From Octopus sinensis (taxonomy: Eukaryota): a DNA stretch of 64,000 nucleotides. The DNA lies in assembly GCF_006345805.1 (NCBI RefSeq), contig NC_043011.1:55502464-55566463 (forward strand), read 5' to 3'. The translations under genes and the position numbers were made by a program. The notes beneath the pieces are model-generated. The model saw nothing but the letters and a program-made list of their open reading frames with translations. It did not search any database and had not been told where the DNA came from. Shown piece by piece: positions 36,336 to 50,974 of this stretch; within the stretch, counting starts at the first letter, position 1; each line of letters starts with the position of its first letter.

Positions 36336-39300
36336 TATGTAGCAAGAATGGAAGTTCACAGAATTGATACAATTATAAAGACTAACCTTGAGAGGGATAT
36401 GTAAAAATCTCAACTGATGCCACCAATGAACACAACAGGTGATACCTTTACACTAGATACAACTAATTATTCTTTAGTATTCAATACTAATAAACTAATC
36501 ATTAGTATTAGTTCATCAATACCAAAACTCAGATGAGATATATTTATGGTTGTATACCAGGAGCTACCTGGAGACAAGTTACCACAAAACTAGTTTAAGA
36601 AAATAAAACTAAAGCTGTATATTGAAACCTGAGACAAAGCATTGACGTAGATCAATGTGAGAAGATTGTATTCAGGCTGCTTGGGGATTGTAAGAGTGAA
36701 GCCATAGAAAAGAGGCAAACAGAAGAGGTATAAAATATTTAGAGTTTATAAACCGTTCAAAAGTAAAATAATTTGGTTTGCCAAGAAGAACCTAACATTT
36801 CAGCTATAACACCCCACTAGAGAAATATAGGAAAGACAGTTGTACACTAAGTTGTTATCTCACGGAAAATCTATTGCAATTTTGAAGTGTTTACACTGAT
36901 GGGAATATTTGTAGTTGTTTAACTGACAGCCATTCTAGTCAGGGAATATGTTGCTATGCAGTCGTCGTGTATTTTCTCATAAATCTTTTTTCTTTTCTTA
37001 ATGAGTCAATCCCTGTGATAAATATCTCATTGGATCAAGGTATATCCGGGACTAAACAACCACAACCAGTTGTTCTTCAAAGACTAATCTCATCATCAAA
37101 AGCATTGCAGCCTTTCTGATTGTCAAATTTTCAGTTTTGCACAATTCTATGTGCTCACTGTTATTTTTTTGTTTAAAGATGGCTGGTGTGATTATTTTGC
37201 AGCTATTTCCCGTAGATTGTGTGCAACGAGTTGAGGCTTGAAGAGAATCACTGGAGGCGGAGTGAGAAACCCTCCTACTGTTTTATTTCACTCCATGGCA
37301 CAGAGTTTACAAAAAGATCTTTCTCTTCCTCCCAGAGAACCAACTGCTGCAAGAACAGATTGTTTTACACAACTCAAATGAATCATATGGAACCATTATC
37401 TATTACAAAACATTTAACCCACGGTAACAAGGAGAACTTACAGATAACATTCTGGGGGTAAGTGAAATGATCACCACAAGCTGAAGTATTGATGCTTTGA
37501 GTGTTTAAGTAGCAACTAGAAAGGAAGAAGACTATTCTGTGATATGAACTCCAAGAAGATATCTAGCTGCACGCACACACACAAACACACACTCACTCAC
37601 ATATGCAAAAGAAAGTGTGCAGAAAAGAAGGCCACACCTGATAGTCATGAAAATACGATAGTTTATAGCTATTGGTTAGCTTGATGTTAAGTAACTAAAT
37701 CATGTAAATTCAAAACGACAAACTGCTCCAATCTAGAGCAAATCTTATTATTAGCTGCTGTTAACAGAGTTCCTCTTTTCCATTAAAGCTTTATGCAACT
37801 TGTATTGGAATGTTAAATCTTACTTCAAGACTTGTGAGCCAAGTATTAAGAGAAGTTTTTAATTAAGAATAAACCTCTTTAATTAACACTGGTTGCTCAG
37901 TAGTTGGGAAGTCTTTTAGAAAACAATATGTTTGTACAAGCAACATAGAAGCGATCAGCAAAGTGTGACTTGGTAATGAGTTCAGTGAGGTAATCCGTGT
38001 GCAGAGGTAGGTGGTCGTTAGAGACCGGTTCTCGTCCTTTCCTCTTTGTTATATTTCTCCAAACCATAACAGAGGAGTTTAAGACCAGTTGTCCACGAGG
38101 AATTCTGTGTCCTGGTGATCTAGCAGCTGATATTGTGGAAGATTTAGAGAAGGAATTCCAGACATAGAAAGAAAATCTTTTGGGGAACTATTACCAATGC
38201 AAGCAACAAAGTGAAGGACAGAGTTGTATGCTGCTGCTTGTGTACAAGGTGTGTTGTTGAATGGTAATGAGACATGGCTACTGAATGGAGATGATGGGTG
38301 AAAGTTGGGGAAAAAAAATGAAGCAAGAACACATGTTGGATGTTTAATGTTAGTATGGATGAATGATGAGGGACAGGTGAGCCAAGGGAAAAACTAGATA
38401 CAAAAAAAAAAAAAAAATCACAAGAGTGAAGAGGACTGCACTGGTATGGACAAGTAATGTGTATGGATCATGAGATATGAGTAAAGAAATATCTGGAGGT
38501 CCAAATGGAAGGAAACTATGAAAGAAGACTAAGACCCATGGAGGAGTAGTGAAAGCTGATCACAGGATGTTGAGCCTGAACAAGAACGGTTATTTTTGTA
38601 AATGTTGAAATGAAACAAATATCAATGGCTTTCTACCAAAATCTTCAATGTCAAAAAACCATCAAAAATATTTTTCTATCCTTCATAAAAAATATTCACA
38701 AAAAGAAATTCTTTAGACAAGAATTTCTTCCCACAAACCACCTGATAATACAATTGCTATTCTCGTCGTTGCTGTTACTAAACATTAAAATTACCGTTTT
38801 TAATATGATTTAATTTTTAAACAAAGCAAAATGTATGACAAATCCTTATTAAAATTTGTTTGCTTAATTTGTTATTTTTAAAGATGTTCTTTAAAGATAT
38901 TCTGGCCTGAATCCTTTCATACTGCTCGTATCTGTTATATAAAATTAATCCCAGATTAAGTTAGGAATCCATTTTAAAATTAAGTAAAAATTAAATTTAG
39001 TCTTGATAAACTCAAAAGTTTAGTTAACATTTTAACTAATTTCAACATTTATCTCTCAATATTTATTTCTCTTTATTTCTGATATTTTTGAAGATAAAAT
39101 GTTATGCTAATCGTTTACGATAGCAACCCTAGTTTTAAAAAGAAAAGTGTACTGTCAGTTCTACATCCAATTTACCATTTAGCATCTTTGCTACTGTTTA
39201 CAAAAGTAACCAAACAGTTCTAATCACCCAAATTTGCTTCTATTTCACTATCAGCTCTCAATTACTTAATAGAACTTATTTATTTGAGGCCAGAACAGTT

Positions 39301-40291
39301 GAGTTTTCAAAGATTAAATTCATTAGTTTATAATACTGTGTGTGTGTATAATCAGGTGATCGACCAGACTATTAGATGTTATACATCGCTGGTCACAATG
39401 CACTTTGCATTGCTTTAGCTTTTGAACAATGCCACCCCACTGTCTAGGCAAGCAGGCTAACACTCCTGATTGGAAGGCCAATCTGTTGCAGGTTATCATC
39501 TATTTGCAGCTGAGTAGAGTGGAGCAATGTGAAATTAAATCTTTTCCTCAAAATCACAACACACCATTTGACCTGGGAGTGGAACCCATGATCGAGTGGC
39601 CATGAGTGCAATGCCCTAACCCCTATATATTACTATAATATATATGGTATTATTTCGCTGTGTGTGTGTGTGTGTGTGTGTATATTTTTGTACCAACAGT
39701 CTTATGAAGCTAATTTTACCTGACACAACGTATTTAAACATTTTGCTCAAAATAACTTGTTATATTCTAGTTGCATCTAATTCTCTAAACATGAACAGTT
39801 TGCAGGATACCAAATTTTTTTCACATTACATTAAGCAAGCACCAAAATGGGATAAATTTTAGCACCAATATTTAGGGAAGCTAATTTCTAATTAATGGGT
39901 ATTTGGTTCTTAAAAATAAAAACAGCTGGGAAAGAGCCACAAAGTTTGGAGGTTACTACAAAACATCAGATCTAAACATAAAAAGGAACATTGTATATAC
40001 AAATTTCAACAATAGGATTTTGCAATGTTTGTGCATCTTTGAAGTTACAAAGACTAAAATCTAAAAGCATTAACTCAAATACCATAATTATATTGTACTA
40101 AGGGAAATATGTTGTATTTTGGAAACCGGATCTGTAGTTGAAAGCCAGGAATAGAAATGTCAGTCACATTTCTTCACAATTATGACAGAGGAAACTATTT
40201 CTGAGCTGGCGAGGTGAACAGCGAAGGGAGACAACTGTGCTGGCTGCTACTATTCTCCTAGTTTTTATTTTTTTGTGCTTTTCTCACATAC

Positions 40292-40399
40292 CTGTTGCAC
40301 AAGTATAATGGTAATAAAGCATTTTTTCCTTATCTTCATTGAGGTCCATGTAACAATTCATCATGTACTCTCGGGCAGCCATATAATCACACTTGGGCC
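40292..40399 (-). CDS. GNAQ: G-protein alpha-q, alternative penultimate exon B (108 nt, retinal-like type)
   Basis: tctgatttcag|GG CCC...ACA G|gtatgt. Translates GPKCDYMAAREYMMNCYMDLNEDKEKMLYYHYTCAT; same length and phase as exon A; 19/36 residues identical to it. Confidence 0.93.
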
Positions 40400-40455
40400 C
40401 TGAAATCAGATGAGTACAGATGATGTGTGAAATGAGGAATATTAACAAGACATAC

Positions 40456-40563
40456 CTGTTGCACATGTGAAATGACTATATATAATTTTATCAGGATCTG
40501 GGTTTAAATCAACAAACATTCGCAATATGAATTCTCTGGCAGCTTGTGCATCTTTCTTTGGAC
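40456..40563 (-). CDS. GNAQ: G-protein alpha-q, alternative penultimate exon A (108 nt, canonical type)
   Basis: tttgatttcag|GT CCA...ACA G|gtatgt. Translates [36 protein letters not shown] with the TCAT G5 box; phase 1/1. Not in the ORF track. Confidence 0.93.
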
Positions 40564-43500
40564 CTGAAATCAAAGTTTGGGAAGCAGTTAGATAATAATA
40601 ATAAAAAAAAACCAGTTAAAAACACTGAAGTATTAGAAAGGCACTAAAAAATTAAGGAAATATCTTAAAATTGAAAAATTCTACCAAAACAATGTTTCTT
40701 AGTTCAATAATTCTTCTGGGTTTCATTTTGAATCAAACATCTATTAGAATTTCTTTTGGAACCTTGTGTTCAATTCTCTCTATTTGGCAGTACATGTGTC
40801 AGATCTTTTCTTTCCATCATTGTAATTCAGATTCAAGTAAAGAGTTGTCCAAATTTACTAGTTTAGAACAATAATTTCCGTATAAAGACAAAATTACATT
40901 CTTTGATTTCCATATCTTACATTCATCTTTTGATCCACGGCAAAATGTTTCCATACTTCAGCAGGGAAATAAGTTTCTTGGATAATAACGAGAGCAGAAA
41001 CATGAAAAGATGTGAATTCTTAAAAATAAATACTGCAAATACTGATATTTAGCTGCACATGGATTTAGTTGCTTTTACAAAGAGAGATCTACTCAAAAAG
41101 TTCCTTTCATTTGACCAAAATAATCTAAAGAATATTACCAGCATCACTTACGTAAATATTTAGATTGCTGTTACATTAAAATTCCATATGGTTACACTGG
41201 TTTTACAGAAAATGATACTCCTTAAAGTTGGCACTGCTTTCAATGAAAGCCAATAGTCATTAAGTTGTATCTCTATAATTTTATTAGGTATCGGGTTCTG
41301 TTCTAATTGAATTGAGTATCAAGTAGAGTTAAGTTTCAACCTCAATTTTACCATAATGGCAACTACCACCTACTTTAGTAGTTTTTCTGCTCAGAACTTA
41401 CTATTTGCAGACTGCAAATTATTTAGATATTTGTTTTGAGATAAGTTTTCTCTTTGTGGATCAAGTTTCATCTAAACCATTTTCTTACAGCAGCATTAAA
41501 CCACTGAATGATAATTGAGAATGAGGAAACCAAGGACTGCACAGTTGGGGGTGTGAGCATACTGAGAGTACTGAGGGAGGGCAAGAGATGAGCCAGAGGT
41601 TACTCATTTGCTCTTCTAATTATTATATAGGCTTCATACGATTTAAAAACTGTAACTTTTCACTGTTTAGCCGGCCACAACACCTATCAACTGATTCTTT
41701 CTGACTGACTCCCTTTTCTCTTTAACTGAGGCCTCTATTTGGGCAAATTTCAGACAATTATTAACTTCAGAGTGTGGAGCTTTGCTATAAATGAATAAAT
41801 GAAATTTTTTGCTATGACATACAACAAGGGAGTAAGCTTGGGATTACTCAAATCCAGAGCAGGTTTGTACCAGGAATTGCCAAAACAATGTAAAATAGTT
41901 TTGGCAATTCCAATAATAATAATAATAATCACTAGTGCCAATGTGTTATCAGTGTTTGCCCTTTCTTTAGATTACAGACATTATCAGCAAGGAATCCCCT
42001 ATATGAAGAACAACTGGGTTCCTTTATCTGTATAAGATTTAACCTCATGACAGAATATTCTAACTTAAGAACAACAGTACAATACTAGTCCAGGAAAACA
42101 CTACGAGATGTCTAAAACTAAGGATAACTGTTTAGAGATGAAAACGTTATTGAATATCTTTATGGGAAATTTTAGATTCTACACTCACTCTCTCTGCTAA
42201 GACCAAACTGTCTCTCAGAGTTTAAAGTCTTCATTAAACAATTTAGTAATTTGCAATTTTTTGGTCAAATAGAATTTTCATTATAGAATTTCCAGAATGT
42301 TAAACTGGATTGATATAAGAGCTCAGAGTTGATAATTTAGCTGGATGTTTTATGAATATTTACAAACATTAATAACCATTGCCTATAATATTTCATCAAT
42401 TTTACAATCTGGAATCTTGAGGGTTAGAGATAGTATTTAAAACATATTAAACTCTCACATTCATTGATAGCAACATTGAACTTGACAATGTGGAGAACTA
42501 AAACTGTTAAAAAAAAGAAAGAAAGATCCATCAATAACATGTACATCAACAATATTTGTACATTTTTAGAACTGAAAATACCAGGTGTAGTTTATATAAA
42601 AAATTTTCACCCATTCTCATCAAAGCACAAGATAATTCAATGTCAACCAAAAAGGTAATTAGAATGTCCCCACATTCCAATATAGTAGAGAGAGGAGAAT
42701 GAAATTCTTAATTTGTACTATAGTAAAAGAAACCATATTTCAAGTCATTTGCAAGTAATTTGAGGATCCTAGAAACGATTTTTAATAATTATTTATATTG
42801 AGCTTTAGTGTCTGCATTTTATTGTAATATCCAACCTAGTAACCTTGCATTTCTATGTGCACAAAGACTGCATATTCTCGAAGCTTTAAACTTTCTGATG
42901 GTAAATACAACAGGAACACTTGCCATGGTTAGAAAAAAAAAAAAAGGGAAAAACAAAGCATTAAAAAATGTCTGAGGACTGAGGAAGCATGGATAATATC
43001 CCAGTGTTCAGTTGGTACTTCTTTGACTGATTCTGAAAGGATGAAACCAACCAAATTTGAACTCAGAAGAAAAAAGCAAAATGCTGATAACCTTCTGCCG
43101 GGTGTGCAAACTATTCTGTCAGCTTGCCACTTTAGTCATAATGATAACTTGTAATATACAGGCACAAGGCCAGAAACTTGGGGGGAGGTTTTTAATCGAT
43201 TTCACTGACACCAGTACATGACTGGTACTTTATTTCATTGGCATTTGAAGAATGGAAGAAGTTGACCCACCCAGGATATAAAGAGTTGGAACTAATATCA
43301 CAAAGCATTTTTTCTGATGCTCTAATGATTCTAGTATTTGGCTATCTTAATAACATTAAATGTAGTTCTGTCGCTGCTTAAAATTAGCAGAATGTTCATG
43401 GCTGTTACACCTATGATGATTGATCTGCTCATTTAGAGCAGACCTGTTGTCAATAACAACAAGCAATCTGATACTGAAATATTTGGGGGACAATTTAACT

Positions 43501-43689
43501 TTCAAATGGAAATCACTTCACAACAAAGCGTTTCTTGTTTCTACTTCACTGCATGATACAGAAGCAAAGTTATTTTCTATATTGTATGTATGAGTGTATC
43601 TGCATGTGTGTAGGTTTGTGTCTGTCTGTTTTCACCAAATTAAAAATTGATGTTGTGTTCCTTTATATCCTGTAACTTAATCAGTTTGA

Positions 43690-43975
43690 CATCATCGTTT
43701 AACGTCCGCTTTCCATGTTAGCATGGGTTGGACGGTTCGACTGGGATCTGGGAAGCCAGGAGGCTGCACCAGGCCCAGTCTGATCTGGCAGTGTTTCTAC
43801 AGCTGGATGCCCTTCCTAATGCCAACCACCCCATGAATGTAGTGGGTGCTTTTTACGTTCCACAGGCACGGAGGGCCAGTCGAGGTGGCGCTGGCAATGG
43901 CCATGTTCGGATGGTTCTTTTACGTGCCACCGGCATTGGTATCACAACTGCAATTTCCATTGATTTTTGATCGAT
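43690..43975 (-). mobile_element. Retroposon family 2 (GAT-tailed), copy
   Basis: catcatcgtttaacgtccg.tttccatg.tagcatgggttgg... is shared with five other intronic copies. Confidence 0.85.
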
Positions 43976-44742
43976 TTCGATTTCACTTGCCTCAACGACC
44001 ACTTTTCCATGCATGCATGAATTGGGTAGAATTCATTGAAGTAAGTTTTCTATGGCCAGATACCCTCCTTGCAGTCAACCCACACCTGTTACCAAGCAAG
44101 GTAATATTTCCCTTCCATGACCAGATATGTTGTTTTTTTATGGAAGACTAGAAACGAACAACACTGCTTGTATGACAGTGCCACTCATTTACGATTATTA
44201 TGTGATGCCAAGACAAGGAGACACGAACACAAATACACGTCTCATAATAAATATCAGAGGTGATATGACCAGTAAAAGAATAAAGTAGCTTAGGTTTTGT
44301 CAAAGCCAATATTTGGAAATTTTATATTTTTCTAAGTACATTGAAACAATGATAAATGGAATGAATATATAATAGGGAGGTATTACAAACAAATCCAGAA
44401 TATTAAGATATAAAATATAACTTTGATTAATTTCCTTTTCCCTCCCCCATTACAATTGAAACGTTTACTTCTTCTATTAGCAAAAACATAGCCACCTTAG
44501 AAACATTACTATTTATTTAAACCAACCAAATCTCACCTTGTTCATAGTTAACTGAAAACATGTATCATCATGCAAAAAAATTTTCTGAGTTCCATAATTC
44601 CCATGTTGGCCATTCAGACAGCCCACACTTCAACCCTTAAGCATTCAAATTACTGTCAAATGCAACATTTATTCACATTATTTTGAATTAATCATGCATT
44701 ATCTTGTAGCTTTGAGATTTTAATAAAGTGATCGTAGTAATG

Positions 44743-45131
44743 TAGGTGTGGCTGTGTGGTAAGTAGCTTGCTTAACAACCACATGGTTCCGGGTTCAGTC
44801 CCACTGTGTGGCACCTTGGGCAAGTGTCTTCTACTATAGCCTTGGGCTGACCAAAGCCTTGTGAGTGGATTTGGTAGATGGAAATTGAAAGAAGCCCGTC
44901 GTATATATGTATATATATATATGTATGTGTGTCTGTATTTGTACCCCTAACATTGCTTGACCACCGATGCTGGTGTGTTTACATCCCCGTAACTTAGTGG
45001 TTCTGCAAAAAGTGACCGATAGATAGAATAAGTACTAGGCTTACAAAGAATAAGTCCTGGGGGTCGATTTGCTCGACTAAAGGCAGTGCTCCAGCATGGC
45101 CACAGTCACATGATTGAAACAGGTAAAAGAG
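44743..45131 (+). mobile_element. Full-length SINE (family 1) nested in a piggyBac-type MITE (about 44634-45172)
   Basis: Near-identical to 32983-33385. The flanks join into a sequence related to the 55296 and 22976 MITEs. Confidence 0.85.
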
Positions 45132-45972
45132 AATATTTTGGCTGGATCTAGCCGATTTAAATGCTAAAGGAGTAATTCATAATTTCCTTCTTTGGGCCCA
45201 ACTCTTAGCATCATATGAACATGGGATTATAATTATATATATATGTAGTACACACACACAACATAGTTTGGGTATTTTAAAACCTGGCAGAGATTATCCC
45301 CTATAGGTCTGAACAAAGTCAATTTCTTCCAGGAAAAAAGAGAAAATTAGAAGGATTGATCCCAAAACTGGCCTGGAGTGCAAAAAGTAAATTTGACTTT
45401 GGCAGGTTTTGAACTCAAAATGCAGAGAGCTGGAACACACAGCCTTAAGCATTCTATTCAATGCTCTAATGACTGCAATCTCTTTACATAACATATTCAC
45501 TCCAAATTTAACTGAACTGGAAATACATTTGAACAAATTAGTCATTTACTATGCAATGTAAACTACTAAATATTTTACAGTCTTTTGAACAAAACTGTGT
45601 GTATTTGTGAAATACTCCATATGTGCCACATGTGACTCGGGAGTAAAAGAGCTGACAGTTTTTGCGAAGGAAACAGGAGCACCTAAACGACTCATTTCAT
45701 ATTGCCATTTACCCATACAATAATTGTTAGGCCTTTAATGTTGATTGTTGTAGAAATTTAGTCAATATTTCCATCAGAGATTAGGTGGTTTCACAAGTGT
45801 TTGGCTAACTCACACAAAGCTAGAGATAATGAATATAATGAACCGTTTTTGGCATCATTTAGGGGGATCGGAATTGTGTCTTCATGTTTGAACTTGTATG
45901 GTCAATAATTTTACATGAAACTAGGAAAAAATCAAATATTTTCAATAAAAACATTGTCAATGAAATATTTAA

Positions 45973-46192
45973 CCCTTTCGTTACTGTATTTATTTTGAGA
46001 TGCTCTGTGTTTCTTTCAATTACTTTAAATATAACAAAGAATTTAGTAAAATAACTTAGTTATCATTAAGCTAGTGTTAGGAATATAAATTGTGACTAAG
46101 GCTTGGTGGAATATTTTAATTCAAAACTTATGAAAACAAGACATTTTACCACAGAGCCAGAGCCGGTTTTGGCCGGGTTAGTAACAAAAGGG
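45973..46192 (+). mobile_element. piggyBac-type MITE (220 bp)
   Basis: TTAA|CCCTTTCGTTAC...GTAACAAAAGGG|TTAA; second copy in opposite orientation at 59906-60125. Confidence 0.8.
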
Positions 46193-46479
46193 TTAAGTTA
46201 TATAAATTAAAACAAACTTGATGTGACAGCAGATCTAATAAGAAATCAGCTAGAATTTCCAATGTTGACAGTTTTGTTTACATTTGTCATTAAACTATAA
46301 TGAATGGGGAAGAGAAAAAATCAAAGGAAAATCTTTTTTTTTTAAACTTTACTACTCATATTATCCTTATTTATAAAACTAACGCAATATGTAAAAATAA
46401 AATCTAACACAGAATAAAATTACCAATCTATTGACTACAAAATGCACTTGCATCGGTTTTTTTTTTGTTTTTGTTTTTA

Positions 46480-46674
<195 letters not shown>

Positions 46675-48430
46675 TCACAAAGTCTTCAATTTTTTTGTTT
46701 GTTTGCAAAACAAGGAGCAATAGTCAAGTGTCAAAATCTAATGGATAATTATGAAAAATTAAATTTTCTATTTTCTCCTTAAAATGGGGATAAAAAGAAA
46801 ACATATCAATTGAAAAAGGAGTTAAAAAGAAACATTTTTTAGCACATCTTTAAGAAAGAGATTTACAGAGTCAGTCTACAGTTATTCAAGTGACAACTTG
46901 TAACCAAAACACAACATGGACGGAAGTGAAATTCAGAGTCGTAATGACAAAGTTGACACAAGACTAAAGAAATGCAACCAAATACTACAAATTATATACA
47001 CCTGAAGGGTTTCTGCTTAGATTTTGTTAACCAAATTTCACTCACCCAGAGTTTGAATTTGCTCAAAGTGCCATGCAGTAAGACAGAACTCTCAACCAAG
47101 TGATCATTGCAAATCAAATCCATATGGCTATAAACTCATATATATATATATATATTATGTATGAAGCACACAAAACAATATATTAAAGAAGAGCTATATC
47201 AACAGTTCTTCATCTTCAGTGTTAGAATGAAATTACAAAGCAATAAAGTACCACAAACAATACAATGACATCCCAATACAGTGGCCAACTCGGAAAGTTT
47301 TTTAAAATTTGCTTTTATGGTTTGGTCTGAGGAGGAAGTGCAACACCCATGATCATTCTTAGAAACTCCTACATTGGTGAGTAGAATGGAGGAGGAGACT
47401 ATCCTCAGGCTAGACATTTTTTTTTTTATAGAGTGGATTCTGCTAAAGATCCTCAAGGGCTCAGCAATAATGTGATGGATTACAGACAACCTCCTCATTG
47501 CCTACTGAAATGTAAACACCAAAATTAACTTTTTCACACCAAAAATTAAATATTAATAAACAATGATGAAGTTTTACTGAAGAGGAACTGGGGATGATTA
47601 CATTTGTGCAGCATTTCTCAAAGGTTTTAACAAAATAAATAAAAAAGGTACCAAGTAACAATATAAACAGTGAGAAACTTAGTCTGACAAAAGTTATTGG
47701 TACACTAAATTTTATGTATATTCTATCATAATAAATACATTGCAATATCACAGAGTTCAAATCCTATGAAGGCCAACTTTGCATTTCATCCTTTCAGGGT
47801 CAATGATTAAAGTATCAGCCAAATGTTGGTGTCCCCCTACCCTCTCCAACTATCACAGCCTGAATGTTCTGCAGGTTCAAAGGATGAAAAGTCAAGCAGA
47901 TGTCCACGTCTGCTTTCGTCTATAGGGACATCTAAAACCATTAATAAAAACATGGGACATCATGATATCAAGCTGTCTTAGATTGATTGCTGTAGTATTT
48001 TCCAACCCAACCAAATCTGTAATTAGAAACTTATTTCAATTTCTTCAAGTCAAATACCTCAATACTATACTTTCTCTTTGTGTTAGTATCAAACAATTCA
48101 CTGGGTCTGTGATAGTGCAAGAGCCGCACCATACAAGCTGTGTGAATATGTGCATACTTTACAGTGACATACTATGTATTTGATGTACACTCCTGAGAAA
48201 GAAGCCATTAACAAGCATGTAATAAAAATTTATATATTTTTTTCAACATAGCTCATTATCTTTTACTGTCACAAAAAGCTTACTGATTCTACAGCCACCA
48301 ACATGTTATATAAACTATAGTTAGATGTATAGAAATACTGTTATATATAACATATTTGATGTACACACCTTAGAAAGAAAACACTAACAAGCATGTAATA
48401 AAAATTTATATATATATATATATTTTTTTA

Positions 48431-48583
<153 letters not shown>

Positions 48584-49294
48584 TTAAAGCCATGTACAAG
48601 TTTTGTTTGTTTTTGGTTTGAAATTAAGCTCATCAAAATGTAATTCAACACAGACCGTTCCACATTGTTATTAACTGAATGATTGTACCAAAACATTCAA
48701 TTTCTTATTCTAAATCATATTTCCTCATTGAGGTTTTATTTTATATAAAAGTGTGATCCAAATAACTTTTTCTAAAAATATGCCATTTCTACTTAAGGAA
48801 CATTTGTTTGTAGATTATCTTCGAATTCAGTCTATTCAATGTCTTTTACATATACTAAACAATATTTTCCCACAGCAAATTTTCTTTTCTTTTAAAGAAA
48901 ACTAGAGATTGTTTGTCTCTCAAGTTAACTTGACCAGTTAATTTCTCTGCTCATTCAGGAAGTCCTCTGTATCCATGGTTTAGCATTTTGCTTCTCAAAA
49001 ATGCATTACATAATTGAATTTTCACACAGAAAACCTTTAATAAAAACAACCCCCAATTCCATACACTTCCTCTATCCATTCTGTACTAGTTCTATATGAT
49101 GCTGTTAGCTGCTAATTTTTAAACTCACCAAAGCAAGGGGTAGTTTAAGAATATAACAAAGGTCAACTTGAACTGCTAAGACGTAAAAAGTGACTAATGT
49201 GTTTAGGACATTTAAGTAAGGTTTGAAATGAAAAGTTAAATATTTTGAAAATCATTTATTGACAAGTTACCGATAGATTTTAAGCTCTACACCT

Positions 49295-49735
49295 ATCATC
49301 ATTTAACGTCCATTTTCCATGCTAGCATGGGTTGAACAGTTTGACCAGGGTCTGGGAAGCCAGGAGGCTACACCAGGCTCCAGTCTGATATGGCAGTGTT
49401 TCTATGGCTGGATGCCCTTCTTAATGCCAACCACTCCGTGAGTGTAGTGGGTGCTTTTTATGTGCCAGGGGAGGCTGGCAGCGGCCACGATTGGTTGGTG
49501 CTTTTTACGTGCCACCGGCACAGAAGCCAGACAAGGCGACGCTGGCATCGGCCACGTTCGGATGGTGCTTTTTATGTGCCACCGGCACAGGTATCACAAC
49601 TACAATTTCCATGTGATATTTATTTTGATGTTGAAGTACTTGACTCAGTAGGTCTCCTCAAGCACAGCAGGTCATGGGCCACTGGCACAGAAGCCAGTCA
49701 AGGCGGCGCTGGCATCGGCCACGCTGACTATTTTA
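49295..49735 (-). mobile_element. Retroposon family 2, copy
   Basis: Same consensus, with internal repeats of ggtgctttttacgtgccaccggcac. Confidence 0.85.
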
Positions 49736-50974
49736 CAAAAATATGCCAATCATATTAACTGGCTTGAACGTATGGAATTTTGTATCGTTTAGTTACAAAT
49801 AAAAGTAAAACAACTTTCCAGTGAGACCGAGTCCACAGACATCCAAACATGTCTCAGTTTATTGGTGTAGCTCTTCTGTATGTATCTACCCAAATAAGAA
49901 GACCTATGGGGTCCTCAAATTGCCAGAAATAGCAGCCAGATCTCTCTCAACTTATACTGTTGTCTTATATAAGGAGAGCCACATTGGATAATGATACCCG
50001 TCATACCCATAAAAGATGAAATGGATACAACTGAAGTGCTTTTGATTACAAGTCTGTTGAATCAGGGTTGACCTGGGGTTAAACAGCAACATTCATTCAT
50101 ACTAGAATAGCCATCTCCTTGGCTTAAATTGTGTTCAATCGCTCTTTGAAAATAATGTACAATACGATTACCATATTTCTAATGAAAATAATAAATTTGG
50201 AGGGATTTATTAAAATAAATTTTTTATTAATAAGTTGGTGTTTGGATGGAACTCAACAAAGGCTTCTTATTAATGGAAGGTTTTAATTTTATAAATGACA
50301 AATTTAAAATTAAGAAATTTTGCATAAAAAAAACAAGCAGTTTCAGGTAGATTTACACTGAAAGAATTAAGCTAACAGTCATTTTTCTGAAATGCAAACA
50401 CTGACACCAATACCAAAAAGTTAGGGAATCTTTAGTGAATCATGTCTAACAGCAGAATAAAATATTATTGTTAATATGTTCCAGATTTATAGGGAAGAGG
50501 AAGAGAATTGTGACATTTATTTTTAAAGGCCATAAAATGGCAAAAGCGAAGTTAAATACTTTCCACTAAAACTCAAATGAAAACTGAATTGCACTGGTGA
50601 AAGCTAATTTTTGCAGCGCTCACCACCCGATAAATAAATGTGGACAAAAAAACTGCAGTCATGTGAAGTTTGTTCATCCAGCTTGTGCAATAACCTTATA
50701 TCTGTCGATTCTATTATTACCTTACTGTAGTAATTATCTTGCAAGACATACCAAGCTCTACTCTTTGCCTTTTCTACAACCACCACCACCACCACTACAG
50801 TGGCCTGTGTTTCTGACTCACTTGTCTCCCCTCACTTCCTATCATATACACTGTGTCTACACCCTTCCTCTCTTAACCACTGTTGTCCAATCCACCTTCC
50901 ACACAATGTCGTCAGCCCTCTGACAATTCTCTCACTGCAGGTATCTTCCTTGTAGTTGTTTACTTTTAACTCTT

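Noticed and set aside
47488-47506. Possible microexon (GGC AAT GAG GAG) in Gq intron 5
   Set aside because: No compatible donor or phase combination with exon 5, and a weak gttgtc donor.
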